Assembly: GCA_002452295.1 (NCBI GenBank)
Contig: DKEX01000096.1
Coordinates: forward strand, 16,349-80,348
Length of the DNA: 64,000 nt
Direction: 5' to 3'
Source: Firmicutes bacterium UBA6811
Lineage (GTDB): Bacteria; Bacillota; SHA-98; UBA4971
In this document: piece after piece, positions 39,112 through 51,167 of the stretch
How positions within the stretch are numbered: the stretch's first letter is position 1
How the letters are laid out: each line of letters begins with the position of its first letter
Translations under genes and position numbers: made by a program
The notes under the pieces: model-generated
The model's database searches: none
What the model saw: only the letters and a program-made list of their open reading frames with translations
Told to the model about the DNA's origin: nothing

Positions 39112-40761
39112 GTGAGCGGAACGGGCTTCATCGAGAAGGTAAGGTCCGCCATAAGGCGGCATGAGATGGCAAGACCGGGGGACAGGGTCCTCGTCGGTGT
39201 TTCCGGCGGGCCCGACTCGGTCGCGCTTTTGTACGCCCTTTGGGCTCTATCAAGGGAGCTTCAGGTTTCCCTCCACGTCGGGCACCTGAACCACATGCTC
39301 CGCGGTGCGGCTGCTGACGAGGACGCCGCGTACGTGCGAGATATCGCTGGCCGCCTTGGCGTTCCGGTGACCATCGAATCCAGGGATGCCGCGACCCATG
39401 CCCGGGAGAACCGGATGTCCGTCGAGCTTGCCGCGAGAGAGATCCGCTACGACTTCTACTTCCGCGTCGCGAAGGCTGTGGGGGCTGCCAGGGTGGCCCT
39501 CGGTCACCACGCGGGAGATCAGGCGGAGACGGTGCTTCTGAGGCTCATTCGCGGCACCGGTACCACGGGGCTCGGGGGGATCCCGCCGGTTCGCCCCCTG
39601 GCGGCCGGTGGAGATGTAGACAGCGCCCCTGTCATCATCCGCCCCCTCATCGATGCAACCAGGCAAGAGATCGAGGGCTACTGCCGGGAAAACGGCCTGA
39701 ATCCCAGGGTGGACGCGTCGAACCTCACCTCCGTATACGCGAGGAACAGGGTAAGGCACGAGCTTGTGCCGCTTCTTGAACGCCACTACAACCCGCGCAT
39801 CATCCAGAGCATCGCGAGGACGGCCGAGCTCGTCAGGGAGGATGACTCGTTCATCTCCGGCGAGGTCCGGCGGAGGATGGAGCGTATCGTGCGCGAGAGG
39901 TCGCGTTGGTGCGTGGCCCTTGCCATCGAACCGCTCCTTGCCGAGCCCCCCGCCATCCAGCGGCGCGTGGTGCGGCAGGCTGTCGCGCTTGTTGCGCGCG
40001 GTGCCGAGGATGTTGAGTTCGAGCACGTGGAGATGGTGCTCGAACTTGCACGCGGCGGCCTTGTGGGTGCGAGCGCAGATCTGCCCCGGGGAGTCCGGGC
40101 GAGGAAGACCTGCCGCTGGCCCGACGACGGCTTTCGACCTGGGGCCAGGCCCGAGCCCGAGCTTGTTCTTGATCTCGAGTTCGCTCCCGGGCCTGAGCCA
40201 GGGCCTGAGCCCGGGTCTATGCCTGACTCTGGGTGGGGTTTTGAGCCTGGGCCCGGGTCCCTGCGCGGGGAGGACCGGTGTGGCGGGGCGCAGGGCATCA
40301 GCCCGCCGGAGCGCTTCGAGCGAAGGCTTATCGTGCCCGGCACCACCTCCGTCCCTGAGCTCGGGGTGGTCGTGGAGGCCGAGGCGCTCGAAGCGGGCGA
40401 GGCCCGGGGCATCGCAGCCGATGCCGTCCGCCGGCCAGGCGTGGGCGAGGCTTACTTCGACCTCGACGGCCTGGGGCCGGAGGATCTCATCGTGAGAACG
40501 AGGCGTGAAGGTGACAGGATTGCGCCTTTTGGCATGGACGGCCACAAGAAGCTGAAGGAGCTTCTCATCGACGAGAAGATCCCCAGGAACATGCGGGATC
40601 GCATTCCCGTTATAGTAGCGGGGAGGGAGGTCCTGTGGGTCGCGGGCGTCCGGCGGAGCGATCTTGCAAGGGTGACCCCGGCCACGCGCCGGGTGCTCCA
40701 CCTTGTGGTGCGGCATAGCGGGCAAGACCGCGCGCGAGGCGGGGGCGGCCGCGTCGGTTGA
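39112..40761 (+). CDS. tilS: tRNA(Ile)-lysidine synthetase
   Basis: It has the PP-loop VGVSGGPDSVALL. The C-terminal domain carries a Pro-rich insertion. Confidence 0.85.
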   Translation: MSGTGFIEKVRSAIRRHEMARPGDRVLVGVSGGPDSVALLYALWALSRELQVSLHVGHLNHMLRGAAADEDAAYVRDIAGRLGVPVTIESRDAATHARENRMSVELAAREIRYDFYFRVAKAVGAARVALGHHAGDQAETVLLRLIRGTGTTGLGGIPPVRPLAAGGDVDSAPVIIRPLIDATRQEIEGYCRENGLNPRVDASNLTSVYARNRVRHELVPLLERHYNPRIIQSIARTAELVREDDSFISGEVRRRMERIVRERSRWCVALAIEPLLAEPPAIQRRVVRQAVALVARGAEDVEFEHVEMVLELARGGLVGASADLPRGVRARKTCRWPDDGFRPGARPEPELVLDLEFAPGPEPGPEPGSMPDSGWGFEPGPGSLRGEDRCGGAQGISPPERFERRLIVPGTTSVPELGVVVEAEALEAGEARGIAADAVRRPGVGEAYFDLDGLGPEDLIVRTRREGDRIAPFGMDGHKKLKELLIDEKIPRNMRDRIPVIVAGREVLWVAGVRRSDLARVTPATRRVLHLVVRHSGQDRARGGGGRVG

Positions 40762-40787
40762 GATTAGGGGGGGCCCTGTGCTATAAT
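40758..40787 (+). promoter_or_regulatory. Strong sigma-A promoter TTGAGA-18-TATAAT with an extended TG, upstream of ftsH
   Basis: TTGAGA is at 40758-40763 and TATAAT at 40782-40787, with TG at 40779-40780. Confidence 0.6.
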
Positions 40788-40845
40788 GTGCTTGCGTATG
40801 ACGCGGGTTTCTGAATCCTTGGTCCTCATCAGGGAATCTGCGAGA

Positions 40846-40886
40846 CCCGGGCGCCCGGGCAGGCCGGGCGCCGGGCGCCGGGCGCG
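40846..40886 (+). repeat. GC-rich tandem heptamer (CCGGGCG)n, about 5 copies, in the ftsH 5' UTR
   Basis: There are three perfect tandem CCGGGCG units at 40864-40884 plus two degenerate units at 40846-40863. Confidence 0.6.
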
Positions 40887-40913
40887 TGGTGATGACCAGT
40901 GGGAGGAGATCAA

Positions 40914-42875
40914 TTGAACAGAGCACTACGAACGCTCGGGCTATGGCTCCTGCTCGGCCTGATGACCGTGTCCATCGCCAGCAGCTTCTACGGTCAGAGG
41001 GAGGAGCCCAGGAAGGTCAGCCTGAGCACATTTATGGCCAAGCTCGACGCAGGCAGTGTGTCGCAGCTTCATATTATCGGGAACGACAAGGTGGAGGGCC
41101 GGTTTACCGACGGCACTGACTTCGAGACTTACGTGCCGGACATCAGCCTTGTCACCGACAAGCTGAAGAACGCCCAGGGGCCGCTTGCCCGGATCGAGGT
41201 CACGGCCGACCCGAAACCTGGGCCGCCGTGGTGGTACACTATCCTGCCCCAGGTGATATCCATCCTGTTCTTTGTGGGCCTGTGGCTCTTCATCCTCAAC
41301 CAGATGCAGGGTGGCGGCAACAAGGCGCTGTCGTTCGGCAAGAGCAGGGCGCGGCTCCACGTGGAGGAGCGGGGCAAGACCACCTTTGCTGACGTGGCCG
41401 GCGTTGACGAGGCCAAGGAGGAGCTTGCCGAGATAGTCGAGTTCCTGAAGCACCCGAAGAAGTTCGTGGACCTTGGCGCGAAGATACCCAGGGGCGTGCT
41501 CCTCGTGGGACCTCCTGGAACCGGCAAGACGCTCCTCGGCCGCGCCATCGCGGGCGAGGCCGGCGTGCCGTTCTTCATCATAAGCGGCTCCGACTTCGTG
41601 GAGATGTTCGTGGGCGTCGGGGCGGCGAGGGTGAGAGACCTCTTCGAGCAGGCCAAGAAGAGCGCGCCGTGCATCGTGTTCATCGACGAGATCGACGCCG
41701 TTGGCAGACAGCGCGGCGCAGGCCTTGGAGGCGGACACGACGAGAGGGAGCAGACCCTGAACCAGCTCCTCGTCGAGATGGACGGGTTCGAGCCGAATTC
41801 CGGCATAATCCTGCTTGCCGCGACCAACAGGCCCGACGTTCTGGACCCGGCGCTTCTCAGGCCGGGCAGGTTCGACCGGCAGGTCGTCGTGGATATGCCG
41901 GACCTTGCCGGCAGGGAAGCCATCCTGAAGGTGCATGCGAGGAGCAAGCCTCTCGGGCCGGACGTCAACCTGAGGGCGCTCGCCCAGAGGACGCCGGGGT
42001 TCACCGGCGCGGACCTGGAGAACCTTCTCAACGAGGCCGCCATCCTGGCGGCGCGGCGGGGCAAGCGGAAGGTGACCATGTCCGAATGCGACGAGGCTAT
42101 CGACCGCGTGGTGGCCGGCCCCCAGAAGAAGGGGCGGGTCATCAGCGAGCGCGAGAAGAACCTTGTGGCGTTTCATGAGGGCGGGCACGCGCTTGCAGCG
42201 AAGCTGCTGCCACACGCCAACCCGGTGCAGAAGGTGTCGATAATCCCCCGCGGGAGGATGGGCGGGTACACGCTGATGCTCCCGGAGGAGGACCGGCACT
42301 TCCTAACGAGGTCGGAGATCCTCGACGAGGTCGCGGTGGGCCTGGCAGGGCGCGTGGCCGAGGAGATCATGCTCGGCGAGATATCCACCGGGGCCGAGAA
42401 CGATCTCAACGGGATCACCAAGGCCGTGCGCAGGATGGTCACGGAATATGGCATGAGCGAGAAGCTGGGGCCGCTCACGTTCGGCAGGAGACACGAGGAC
42501 ACCGTGTTCCTCGGCCGCGATCTCGCCCACGACCGCGACTACAGCGAGGAAGTGGCTGCAGCCATCGACCGCGAGGTGCGGCGGATCGTTGACGAATGCT
42601 ACGGCAGGGCGAAGAAGCTTATCGCCGGCAACAAGGATAAGCTGGTGAGGCTGGCGAACGCGCTCAAGGAGAAGGAAACTATCGAGGGAGCCGAGCTCGA
42701 TGCGATCCTGTCCGAGGAGGCGTCCACGGAGGAGGGCGATGCCGGAGAGAAGGCACCCGCCGCCGCAGCCGTAACCCTCGATGACCAGGGCGGCGCATCT
42801 GAGCAGGCTGGCGGCGTCAAGGGTCGCGTACCCTCGAGGCCTCCCAAGCTGGCCGAGAGCCCAGGTAGGGCCTAG
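40914..42875 (+). CDS. ftsH: ATP-dependent zinc metalloprotease FtsH
   Basis: It has the AAA Walker [12 protein letters not shown] and the zinc site HEGGHA. The TTG start at 40914 follows a GGGAGGAG RBS. Confidence 0.9.
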   Translation: MNRALRTLGLWLLLGLMTVSIASSFYGQREEPRKVSLSTFMAKLDAGSVSQLHIIGNDKVEGRFTDGTDFETYVPDISLVTDKLKNAQGPLARIEVTADPKPGPPWWYTILPQVISILFFVGLWLFILNQMQGGGNKALSFGKSRARLHVEERGKTTFADVAGVDEAKEELAEIVEFLKHPKKFVDLGAKIPRGVLLVGPPGTGKTLLGRAIAGEAGVPFFIISGSDFVEMFVGVGAARVRDLFEQAKKSAPCIVFIDEIDAVGRQRGAGLGGGHDEREQTLNQLLVEMDGFEPNSGIILLAATNRPDVLDPALLRPGRFDRQVVVDMPDLAGREAILKVHARSKPLGPDVNLRALAQRTPGFTGADLENLLNEAAILAARRGKRKVTMSECDEAIDRVVAGPQKKGRVISEREKNLVAFHEGGHALAAKLLPHANPVQKVSIIPRGRMGGYTLMLPEEDRHFLTRSEILDEVAVGLAGRVAEEIMLGEISTGAENDLNGITKAVRRMVTEYGMSEKLGPLTFGRRHEDTVFLGRDLAHDRDYSEEVAAAIDREVRRIVDECYGRAKKLIAGNKDKLVRLANALKEKETIEGAELDAILSEEASTEEGDAGEKAPAAAAVTLDDQGGASEQAGGVKGRVPSRPPKLAESPGRA

Positions 42876-42953
42876 GATCGTCCGGGCCAGGCGCCTCCCC
42901 GCTGGCGGCGGGGGCACCTGGCCCGTTCCAATCTCATGGGAGGGTGAGGACCT

Positions 42954-44615
42954 GTGGCAGAGGTGATTCGGGCCCCAAGGGGCCGGGAGCTGTCGTGCAA
43001 GGGATGGCAGCAGGAGGCTGCCATGCGGATGCTCATGAATAACCTTGACCCGGAGGTGGCGGAGAAACCGGAGGAACTCGTGGTGTACGGCGGGCGCGGC
43101 AAGGCGGCGCGCAACTGGGACACCTTCCACGCGATAGTTGACTCGCTCAGGCGCCTCGAGGACGACGAGACCCTCCTGGTGCAGTCCGGCAAACCAGTTG
43201 GCGTGTTCCGGACACACCGGCTCGCCCCGAGGGTGCTCATCTCCAACTCCATGCTCGTGCCCGCGTGGGCGACCTGGGACAAGTTCTGGGAGCTCGAGGC
43301 GAAAGGTCTCACCATGTACGGCCAGATGACGGCCGGAAGCTGGATATACATAGGCACGCAGGGGATCCTTCAGGGGACCTACGAGACGCTGGCGGAGGCC
43401 GCCCGCCAGCACTTCGGCGGCAGCCTCGCCGGGAGGCTCGCGCTCACGGCCGGGCTCGGCGGCATGGGAGGCGCCCAGCCTCTCGCCGTTACCATGAACG
43501 GCGGCGTGCTCATCGCCGTGGAGGTGGACGAGGAACGCATCAGGCGGCGGCTGGCGACCAAATACTGCGACGTCATGGCAGAGAGCATCGACGAGGCCAT
43601 GGCCCTTGCCCGTAAGGCGCTGGAGAAGAAGGAGGCCCTGTCCATCGCTCTCCTCGGGAACGCCGCCGAAACGCATCCGGAGTTCGTGCGGCGCGGGATC
43701 ATCCCCGACATCGTCACCGACCAGACGTCCGCCCACGACCCGCTGGGCGGATACATCCCGACGGGGCTATCGCTGTCGGAGGCGGCGGATCTTCGAAAGC
43801 GCGACCCGAAGGAGTACATAGATCGCGCCATGAAGTCCATGGCCACGCAGGTCGAGGCCATGCTCGAGATGAAGAGGCGCGGGGCGGTGGTCTTCGACTA
43901 CGGCAATAACATCAGGCAGCAGGCGTTCAACGCCGGTGTGAAGGATGCCTTCAGCTACCCCGGGTTTGTGCCTGCCTACATACGTCCGCTTTTCTGCGAG
44001 GGCAAGGGGCCGTTCAGGTGGGTGGCGCTGTCCGGTGACCCGGAGGATATCTACAGGACCGACGAGGTGGTGCTCGGCGAGTTTCCCGACAACGAGCGCC
44101 TCGCAAGATGGATCCGGATGGCCCGCGAGAAGGTGCAGTTCCAGGGGCTGCCAGCCAGGATATGCTGGCTTGGCTACGGCGAGAGGGCGAGGTTCGGTAA
44201 GGTCATAAACGAGCTTGTGAGGCGCGGCGAGATTTCGGCCCCCATCGTCATCGGCCGCGACCACCTCGACACGGGCTCGGTGGCCTCGCCAAACCGCGAG
44301 ACCGAGAGCATGCGCGATGGGAGCGACGCCATCGCCGACTGGCCCATCCTGAATGCCCTGCTCAACGCGGTGTCCGGCGCCTCGTGGGTGTCTGTCCACC
44401 ATGGTGGTGGCGTTGGGATCGGTTACTCAATCCACGCTGGCATGGTGGTGGTCGCCGACGGCACCGAGGACGCCGACTGGCGGCTCGAGCACGTGCTCAC
44501 GACGGACCCCGGGTCAGGCATCGTCCGCCATGCCGACGCCGGCTACGAGAAGGCCATCGAGACCGCGCGTAAGCATGGGATCAGGATACCGATGCTCCCA
44601 GAGGGGCGATCGTGA
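42954..44615 (+). CDS. hutU: Urocanate hydratase
   Basis: It is a full-length 553-aa urocanase with the NAD-binding GGMGGAQP motif. No other hut genes are adjacent. Confidence 0.9.
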   Translation: MAEVIRAPRGRELSCKGWQQEAAMRMLMNNLDPEVAEKPEELVVYGGRGKAARNWDTFHAIVDSLRRLEDDETLLVQSGKPVGVFRTHRLAPRVLISNSMLVPAWATWDKFWELEAKGLTMYGQMTAGSWIYIGTQGILQGTYETLAEAARQHFGGSLAGRLALTAGLGGMGGAQPLAVTMNGGVLIAVEVDEERIRRRLATKYCDVMAESIDEAMALARKALEKKEALSIALLGNAAETHPEFVRRGIIPDIVTDQTSAHDPLGGYIPTGLSLSEAADLRKRDPKEYIDRAMKSMATQVEAMLEMKRRGAVVFDYGNNIRQQAFNAGVKDAFSYPGFVPAYIRPLFCEGKGPFRWVALSGDPEDIYRTDEVVLGEFPDNERLARWIRMAREKVQFQGLPARICWLGYGERARFGKVINELVRRGEISAPIVIGRDHLDTGSVASPNRETESMRDGSDAIADWPILNALLNAVSGASWVSVHHGGGVGIGYSIHAGMVVVADGTEDADWRLEHVLTTDPGSGIVRHADAGYEKAIETARKHGIRIPMLPEGRS

Positions 44616-44736
44616 CACCCGCCTGACATCGCGCGTCCCGCCCGAAGCAAGGGAAAGCTGGGTGTGGCGAAAACAAGGGGCCACGTCGAGGCCGGACGAA
44701 GAGCGCGATTTCGCCCGGCCTCGTTACGCTGGATCG

Positions 44737-46659
44737 TTAGACTGTAAAGGATCCCACCAGCTTTCGGAGGTCCGCTGCCAGCTCTGCGAGGCGGCTCGCA
44801 GAGCTGGTCATTTCGGCGACCGCTGCCGCCATTTCTTCAGTGGAGGTCGAGACCTGTTCTGCCGAGGCTGCCGTTTGGGCCGAGACCGAGGCCACGGCCT
44901 CCACGGCCTTTCGGACTTCCTCGCTTGCTGCAGCCATCTCCTCGGTCGCGGCTGTGTTCTCCTCGGTTATGCTGGCTGTACTCTCGATAGCCTTGATGGC
45001 CTGCGAGCTATGGGACGCCATCTCCTGTACCAGCACCGCGATGTTTTCGACCTCCGACGCGACGTGTGCGACGGCGTCCATTATGTCCGAAAGCGCCTGG
45101 CCCGCCTCTCCGGCGAGGGCGTTGCCGCCTGCCGCGTCGGCGGCCGTCACCTCCATGGACCTGTCGGCCGCCCCGGCGCTCTGTTGCATCTTGCTGACAA
45201 TGGCAGCGATTTCCTTGGTGGCCTCACTGGACCTCGTTGCGAGCTTGCCAACCTCGTCGGCGACCACAGCGAACCCCCTGCCGTGTTCGCCGGCCCTGGC
45301 TGCTTCTATCGCAGCATTCAGGGCGAGAAGGTTGGTCTGCTCGGCTATTTCGTCGATGACCTCAACGATGTTTCCGATCCTTGTGGAGTCCTCCCCAAGC
45401 TGGCCAGTGGCTCTTGCTGCCTCGCCAGTGAGGTCCGCGATCCTCCTCATGCTGACTATCGCCTTGCCCACGGCTTCCTTCCCGGAGAGAGCCGTGGCAC
45501 GCATGCCGTCAAACGCCCGGACAAGGGAATCCGCGCTCTTCGCCACCGCATCGATAGCGCTTACCATCTGCGAGACAGTGTTGCTTGCCTCCGTCACCGA
45601 CGCGACCTGGTCCTCGGCGCCCCTCGCTATCTGGTTTATGGCTTCGCCCAGTTGATTCATGGTCCTGTGGGTGTCATGGGCGCGGCGGGTCTGCTCTGCT
45701 GCTCCGCCGGCCACGTTCTGCATGATCCCGGTGATCTGGGTGGTCGAATCGTTCGCATCGGCGGCATTCTTCGCCAGGCTCTCGCCTGTTGAGGCAAGCT
45801 CGCGCGAAGACTCCCCGATCCGCGTGACTAGAGTCCTCAGGTTTCCAACCATGTCCGCGAACGCCCGAGACAGGACGGCGATTTCGTCGCGACTCCTGAC
45901 TGTGGGGACTTGTTGCGCGAGATTCCCTTTGGCGATCTCCGAAGCCACCCTCGTCAGCCTTGAAACCGGGCGGGTGATGCTCCACGTGATGGTGATTCCT
46001 GTAACCAGCCCTGCGAGGATGGCGATTGCCAGCCCTCCGAAGAGGATCATCCTGACCCGGTCGCTCTCGCTCCTGGCTGATGATACCTGCTTTGCGTGTT
46101 CCTTGCTGATAGAATCGATCCACTGGTCCGCGGCGGCGCTCAGCCTTGCGATGAGCGGCAGCCCCTCGGTGCGGATGAACTCGATGGCCTTCTCAGAGTC
46201 ACCAGCCTGGACCAGCATTTTGGCGATGTTCGCACGCGATCCGAAGCTGGTGTTGGCGTCGCCGAGTTCCTGGAGGTACCCTGCCATGCTGGTCTCGTCA
46301 GGCATCACGATGAGTATGTTGCGGATCTCCGCCTTGGAGGTCTCGTCCGCTGCTTCAAAGTCCTTGAGCGCCTGTTCGTCCTGGCTAAGCGCGTACGAAA
46401 GGATCGTCGCAGCTTTCTTCCACGTGGCGATTCGGAGGCTGTCGATGTGCTTCTGCAAAGGCACGCCGGACTCCAGAATCTGCGAGTACAGGCGCTCCTG
46501 CGCATGAATGCCTCGAATGCCGAGATAGGCTACAGCACCCATCAGGATCAGAAGCAACACGACCATGCCCATGATCTTCGACCCTATGCCCGACCGCAGT
46601 GCAAACCTCGGTCGCCAGAGTCCTGACAGGCGTTGGGCGAAGGCAAACCTGCTTCTCAT
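44737..46659 (-). CDS. Methyl-accepting chemotaxis protein (periplasmic sensor domain, HAMP, MCP signalling domain)
   Basis: It has two TMs flanking a ~190-aa periplasmic domain, a HAMP domain, and the conserved MCP hairpin region ([35 protein letters not shown]). Confidence 0.85.
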   Translation of the reverse strand: MRSRFAFAQRLSGLWRPRFALRSGIGSKIMGMVVLLLILMGAVAYLGIRGIHAQERLYSQILESGVPLQKHIDSLRIATWKKAATILSYALSQDEQALKDFEAADETSKAEIRNILIVMPDETSMAGYLQELGDANTSFGSRANIAKMLVQAGDSEKAIEFIRTEGLPLIARLSAAADQWIDSISKEHAKQVSSARSESDRVRMILFGGLAIAILAGLVTGITITWSITRPVSRLTRVASEIAKGNLAQQVPTVRSRDEIAVLSRAFADMVGNLRTLVTRIGESSRELASTGESLAKNAADANDSTTQITGIMQNVAGGAAEQTRRAHDTHRTMNQLGEAINQIARGAEDQVASVTEASNTVSQMVSAIDAVAKSADSLVRAFDGMRATALSGKEAVGKAIVSMRRIADLTGEAARATGQLGEDSTRIGNIVEVIDEIAEQTNLLALNAAIEAARAGEHGRGFAVVADEVGKLATRSSEATKEIAAIVSKMQQSAGAADRSMEVTAADAAGGNALAGEAGQALSDIMDAVAHVASEVENIAVLVQEMASHSSQAIKAIESTASITEENTAATEEMAAASEEVRKAVEAVASVSAQTAASAEQVSTSTEEMAAAVAEMTSSASRLAELAADLRKLVGSFTV

Positions 46660-46933
46660 AGGACCGCCTCCAGGTACGTAGTCTAGTGCGGAGGATGGAT
46701 CGAGTTGCCTGCCCGACCATTATCCGACACTGAAAGGGAAAATTCGCCATACTTCGCCGATCTCCTCCCGAAGACGCTGTTTGGAGGGGCAAAGCATCTC
46801 CCATGTCCTTCAGCAGGCGCAGGTCACGTCGAACTCCATGTTTGCAGAAGCGAGGGGTTCGCCTCGCCACCAGACGCTTTGCCATCAATTGTGGGTGGCT
46901 GTGAGCAGGATTGGCATAGGATGGCAGTTGCCA

Positions 46934-46962
46934 TTGCTTTCCCCTGGAGACTATGGTACAAT
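46934..46962 (+). promoter_or_regulatory. Candidate promoter TTGCTT-17-TGgTACAAT for the GGDEF gene, abutted by the palindrome ATGGCAgtTGCCAT (46921-46934)
   Basis: The hexamers and inverted repeat were read directly from the sequence. A ~260-nt leader leads to ATG 47220. Confidence 0.4.
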
Positions 46963-47219
46963 ACATACACAAGGGAGTCGCGCGTATTTCGGGGGTTGTT
47001 TCCACAGGCCTATAGCAGCAAGGACGGCCACACGCATTCCTGAACGACGTGGGTGGCGTGACACGTCGTCGCCATGGCCGTTGTGTGCATCGACCCGGCC
47101 GCGAGCGCTTTCGAGCGCGCCGTCGAACTCCCCGAGGTTGCATTGGGGCGAGGGTGGGAGACGTGACCCGGGAGAGACCTGCACATCCAGGCGTATTCAC
47201 GGGGCGTAACACGCCGATC

Positions 47220-48299
47220 ATGGACAACCTGTGGCTGTCGGCGGTTGTCGCGTGCATACTGCTTGGCGTCGCGTTCTTCGATGAGATCGAATGGCAGCCC
47301 GGGTCCTTTCCCGGGGCGCTCGCGGTGGCCGGGCTGGTCTACGGCTGGCTGAAACGCGTGATAGCGACCGCGGCACGAGGGCACGGGCTGTTGCTGGGCA
47401 TCCTGCTCACGGGCGCGGACATCGTGTTCATCGGAGCGACGATATACGTATCAGGCGGACCTGCAAGCCCATTCTGGCCCCTGTTTGCCCTGCCGATACT
47501 CGCGACCACGCTGAGGTTCGGGCTCAGGATGGGGCTCACGGCGACCGTCGTGGCATGCGGCCTCTCCCTTGCCGTGCTGGCAGCCGGGAGGTTCGCGCAC
47601 GGGCTTTCGGGGCTGAACCTCCTGAGGTTCATGTTCATGATCGCCATGTTCCTGCTTTTCAGCTTCTTCTTCGGCACCCTGGTGGAGGAGGAGAAGAAGC
47701 TACGTCAGGATATCCTCGCGCTCTCGAGAACCGACCCACTCACCGGGATCTACAACCACCGCTACCTCCTCGACGTCCTTCAGAGCGAGACCAGGCGAGC
47801 CGCCAGATATGGCGAGCCGCTGGCTGTGAGCATGATAGACCTGGATCTCTTCAAGAGCGTCAACGACACCTTCGGGCATCTCGTGGGAGACAGGATCCTC
47901 ATTCAAATGGTGGACACGCTGAAAACCACGTTTCGGGCCACCGACCACCTGGCCCGCTATGGAGGCGATGAGATAGTCGCGGTGATGCCGAAGGCGGCGC
48001 GCGAAGACGCCCTCGCCGCACTGGGAAGGGCCAGGGAGAGGATCGCGGGAGCGACCTTTTCAGGGCCGAACGGCCAGAGCCTGCGGATCACGATAAGCGC
48101 TGGAGCGGCCGTGTTTCCCGACCACGGCGGCGATGCCCTTACCCTCCTCGACATGGCTGACCGGGCGATGTACGTGGCGAAGAACTCCGGTGGCAACCGC
48201 GTTCAGTTCTATGACCCTTCCCTCTCCGATACCTCTGATGAGACGGCCCTCGAAGTTGCCTCGACCGCAGACCCGCGTCCAGAGCCGTCGATGACTTGA
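47220..48299 (+). CDS. Diguanylate cyclase (N-terminal 5-6 TM sensor domain plus GGDEF domain)
   Basis: It has an N-terminal polytopic membrane domain and a GGDEF active site RYGGDEIV with RxxD context. Confidence 0.85.
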   Translation: MDNLWLSAVVACILLGVAFFDEIEWQPGSFPGALAVAGLVYGWLKRVIATAARGHGLLLGILLTGADIVFIGATIYVSGGPASPFWPLFALPILATTLRFGLRMGLTATVVACGLSLAVLAAGRFAHGLSGLNLLRFMFMIAMFLLFSFFFGTLVEEEKKLRQDILALSRTDPLTGIYNHRYLLDVLQSETRRAARYGEPLAVSMIDLDLFKSVNDTFGHLVGDRILIQMVDTLKTTFRATDHLARYGGDEIVAVMPKAAREDALAALGRARERIAGATFSGPNGQSLRITISAGAAVFPDHGGDALTLLDMADRAMYVAKNSGGNRVQFYDPSLSDTSDETALEVASTADPRPEPSMT

Positions 48300-48360
48300 A
48301 CGTCACGGGAGGAGTTCCCGGGCGTCTGACGAAACTACACAGCAAAAGCGAAGAAGGAGG

Positions 48361-48852
48361 GTGGATGCCTTGGAGAAGGTCCTGCTAGTGGAGCACGAGA
48401 AGTGTACAGCGTGCCGCATCTGTGAGCTCGTGTGCTCGGCGAAACATGCGGGGGCGTTCAACCCCGCGAAGGCGCGGATCACCGTGGCGACGTTTCTCGA
48501 GGACAACTTCTTCTTCCCGCTCACATGCCAGCATTGTGAGGAGCCTCTCTGTCAGGATGTGTGTCCCACCGGTGCCATATCGAGACACCCTGAGACCGCG
48601 GCCGTCATCATCGACGATGCGAAGTGCATCGGGTGCAGAATGTGCCAGGCCGCATGCCCCTTCGGTGCCGTCTCCTACTCCCCGTCGGAAGACAAGGTGG
48701 TGAAGTGCGATCTGTGCGGCGGCGAGCCTGAGTGCGTGCTGTTCTGCCCGTGGGATGCGATCAAGTATACTAAGGCCGACGACGCTGCGTTGCGCAGGCG
48801 CAAAGCTGTGGGCGAGAAGCTCAAGAAGGCCCTGCAGGAGGTGAAGGTGTGA
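48361..48852 (+). CDS. Polyferredoxin with four [4Fe-4S] cluster motifs, AOR electron-transfer subunit (AorA-like)
   Basis: It has four CxxCxxCxxxCP-type motifs ([52 protein letters not shown]). It is immediately upstream of the AOR gene. The start codon is uncertain. Confidence 0.8.
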   Translation: MDALEKVLLVEHEKCTACRICELVCSAKHAGAFNPAKARITVATFLEDNFFFPLTCQHCEEPLCQDVCPTGAISRHPETAAVIIDDAKCIGCRMCQAACPFGAVSYSPSEDKVVKCDLCGGEPECVLFCPWDAIKYTKADDAALRRRKAVGEKLKKALQEVKV

Positions 48853-50657
48853 TGTACGGCTGGGTAGGAAAGACGCTTCGGGTCAACCTCAACGACAGGT
48901 CCGCAGCCGTCGAGGATCTGTGCCCTGAACTCGCCGAGAAGTACCTTGGAGCGAGGGGCCTGGGCACCAAGATCCTCTATGACGAGCTTGTGCCCGGTGT
49001 AGACCCCCTCGGCCCGGACAACAAGATCATCTTCGCCACCGGGCCTCTCACCGGAACAGCCGCCACGTCGGCCGGTCGGTACAACGTTATCACGAAATCG
49101 CCGCTCACGGGGTTTATCGCCGCATCCAACTCCGGTGGGTATTTCCCCGCGGAGATGAAGTACGCCGGGTTTGACGCCATCATCGTGGAGGGCGCTGCAG
49201 ACGAGCCGGTGTACATCTGGGTCCATGACGGCAAGGCCGAGATTCGGGCCGCAAAACACGTCTGGGGCAAGAACACCGCCCAGACCACCGATATCCTGAT
49301 CGGGGAGACTCACCCCGACGCGAAAGTCGCATGCATCGGCCCCGCCGGTGAGAGACTCGTGCTCTTTTCGTGCGTGGTGAACGAGAAGGGCCGCGCCGCC
49401 GGACGATCAGGGGTCGGCGCCGTCATGGGCTCCAAGAACCTGAAGGCCATCGTGGTGAGGGGCACAGGCGACGTGAAGGTGGCAGACCAGGCGAAGTTCA
49501 GGGAGGCGGTGCTGGCGGCCCTCAAGAAGATCAAGGAGGCGCCTGTTACCTCGCAGGGCCTCCCAACGTACGGGACAGCCGTTCTTGTGAACGTCATCAA
49601 CCAGCACGGAGCGTTCCCGACGCGCAACTTCCAGACAGGCGTGTTCGAGGGCGCCGAGAAGATATCCGGCGAGGCCCTTGCCGCCAAGTTTCTCGTGAGA
49701 AAGCGCGCGTGTTTCGGGTGCCCCATCGCCTGCGGGCGGCCGAGCGCCGTGAGGAGCGGCAAGTACCAGGGCGCGGGCGAAGGCCCCGAGTACGAGACCA
49801 TCTGGGCGCTGGGCGCGACCTGTGCCGTCGATGACCTCGAGGCCATAACCAAGGCCAACTACCTGTGTAACGAGCTTGGCCTCGACCCCATAACCATGGG
49901 CTCTACCATAGCGTGCGCCATGGAGCTATATGAGAAGGGGTATCTCCCGGAGAGCGCAACTGATATCCCGCTCAGGTTCGGCGACGCCGACGCCATGGTC
50001 GAGGCGACGCGCAAGACCGCCTACCGGGAGGGCATCGGTGACCTGCTCGCGAAGGGTTCGTACCGGCTCGCCGCGGAGTTCGGCCATCCCGAGCTATCCA
50101 TGAGCGCAAAGAAACAGGAGTACCCGGCGTACGATCCGCGTGGCGCGAAGGGCATCGGGCTCAACTATGCCACTTCTAACAGGGGCGGCTGCCACGTTAG
50201 GGGCTACACGATCTCGCCGGAGATCCTCGGTGTCCCGGAGAAGATAGACCCACTCTCCAAGGACGGGAAAGCCGCCTGGGTCAAGGCATTTCAGGACGTA
50301 ACCTCCCTTGTGGACTCGGTCGGCATGTGCCTGTTCACCACCTTCGCACTGGGCGCGCCCGACGTGGCGAGTATGCTCGAGCCTGCGACGGGGATCGGGT
50401 TCCCCACTGAGAAGGCGCTACTCGCGGGCGAGCGCATCTGGAACCTCGAGCGCCTCTTCAACCTGAGAGAGGGGCTCACGAAAGACGACGATACTCTGGC
50501 TCCGAGGCTGCTCACCGAGCCAATGCCGGAGGGGCCCGCCGCCGGGCAGGTGGTGGAGCTTGCCGACATGCTGGCGGACTATTACCGAGCCAGGGGCTGG
50601 ACTGACGATGGCAAGCCTTCGACGGAGACCCTGGACCGGCTCGAGCTCGCTGGCTGA
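48852..50657 (+). CDS. Tungsten-containing aldehyde:ferredoxin oxidoreductase (AOR family)
   Basis: It begins [14 protein letters not shown] (AOR N-terminal domain). It has pterin/W-binding blocks and Cys ligands for the [4Fe-4S]. It is 602 aa. Confidence 0.9.
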   Translation: MYGWVGKTLRVNLNDRSAAVEDLCPELAEKYLGARGLGTKILYDELVPGVDPLGPDNKIIFATGPLTGTAATSAGRYNVITKSPLTGFIAASNSGGYFPAEMKYAGFDAIIVEGAADEPVYIWVHDGKAEIRAAKHVWGKNTAQTTDILIGETHPDAKVACIGPAGERLVLFSCVVNEKGRAAGRSGVGAVMGSKNLKAIVVRGTGDVKVADQAKFREAVLAALKKIKEAPVTSQGLPTYGTAVLVNVINQHGAFPTRNFQTGVFEGAEKISGEALAAKFLVRKRACFGCPIACGRPSAVRSGKYQGAGEGPEYETIWALGATCAVDDLEAITKANYLCNELGLDPITMGSTIACAMELYEKGYLPESATDIPLRFGDADAMVEATRKTAYREGIGDLLAKGSYRLAAEFGHPELSMSAKKQEYPAYDPRGAKGIGLNYATSNRGGCHVRGYTISPEILGVPEKIDPLSKDGKAAWVKAFQDVTSLVDSVGMCLFTTFALGAPDVASMLEPATGIGFPTEKALLAGERIWNLERLFNLREGLTKDDDTLAPRLLTEPMPEGPAAGQVVELADMLADYYRARGWTDDGKPSTETLDRLELAG

Positions 50658-50713
50658 CACCCGCACGTCGGGTGCTGAGGGGCTGGCGCGAAGGGAGGGG
50701 GCGCCTTCTGCGG

Positions 50714-50986
50714 GTGCGGTTCTTCTTCTTCGTGAAAGAGGCGGCGGGTGAGGACGAGGTCTTCATCCCCGCGGAGGCGGCCCCCGACCTCGAGGCGCTC
50801 ATCCAGGTGTTGGTGGGGCGGTTTGGCGAGAGGTTTGCTCGCGAGGTGCTCACGAGCGACGGCGAGGTCCGGCGCGATGTCAACATCCTCGTGAACGGTC
50901 GTAACGTCCAGTTTCTGGCCGGGCCTGACACCAGGCTGAAGGACGAGGACACCGTGAGCTTTCTCTCGGCGGTCGCCGGCGGGTGA
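50714..50986 (+). CDS. MoaD/ThiS-family small sulfur-carrier-like protein ending in Gly-Gly (AorD-like)
   Basis: It is a ~90-aa beta-grasp-like sequence with a C-terminal ...AVAGG stop. The GTG start at 50714 follows a GGGAGGGGG RBS. Confidence 0.5.
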   Translation: MRFFFFVKEAAGEDEVFIPAEAAPDLEALIQVLVGRFGERFAREVLTSDGEVRRDVNILVNGRNVQFLAGPDTRLKDEDTVSFLSAVAGG

Positions 50987-51167
50987 CCAGGCGGCCGCCC
51001 GGTCCGGACCTGCCCGGACCGGGCCGGAGCCGATGTCCCGTCAGGTGGCGGAGCTGTGTCCCGGGGGCTGCGCGGCACCGGCGCAGTCGTAGCTGCAGGC
51101 AAAGGCATTGCCCGTGTACAAGCGCTGATGTCTGCGTTCGGATGGGCATACGTTGGGGGGAAGTCCT

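Noticed and set aside
40762-40913. Expected hprT between tilS and ftsH
   Set aside because: Only about 150 nt of non-coding sequence (promoter plus GC repeat) is present here. This was recorded as an absence, not a feature.
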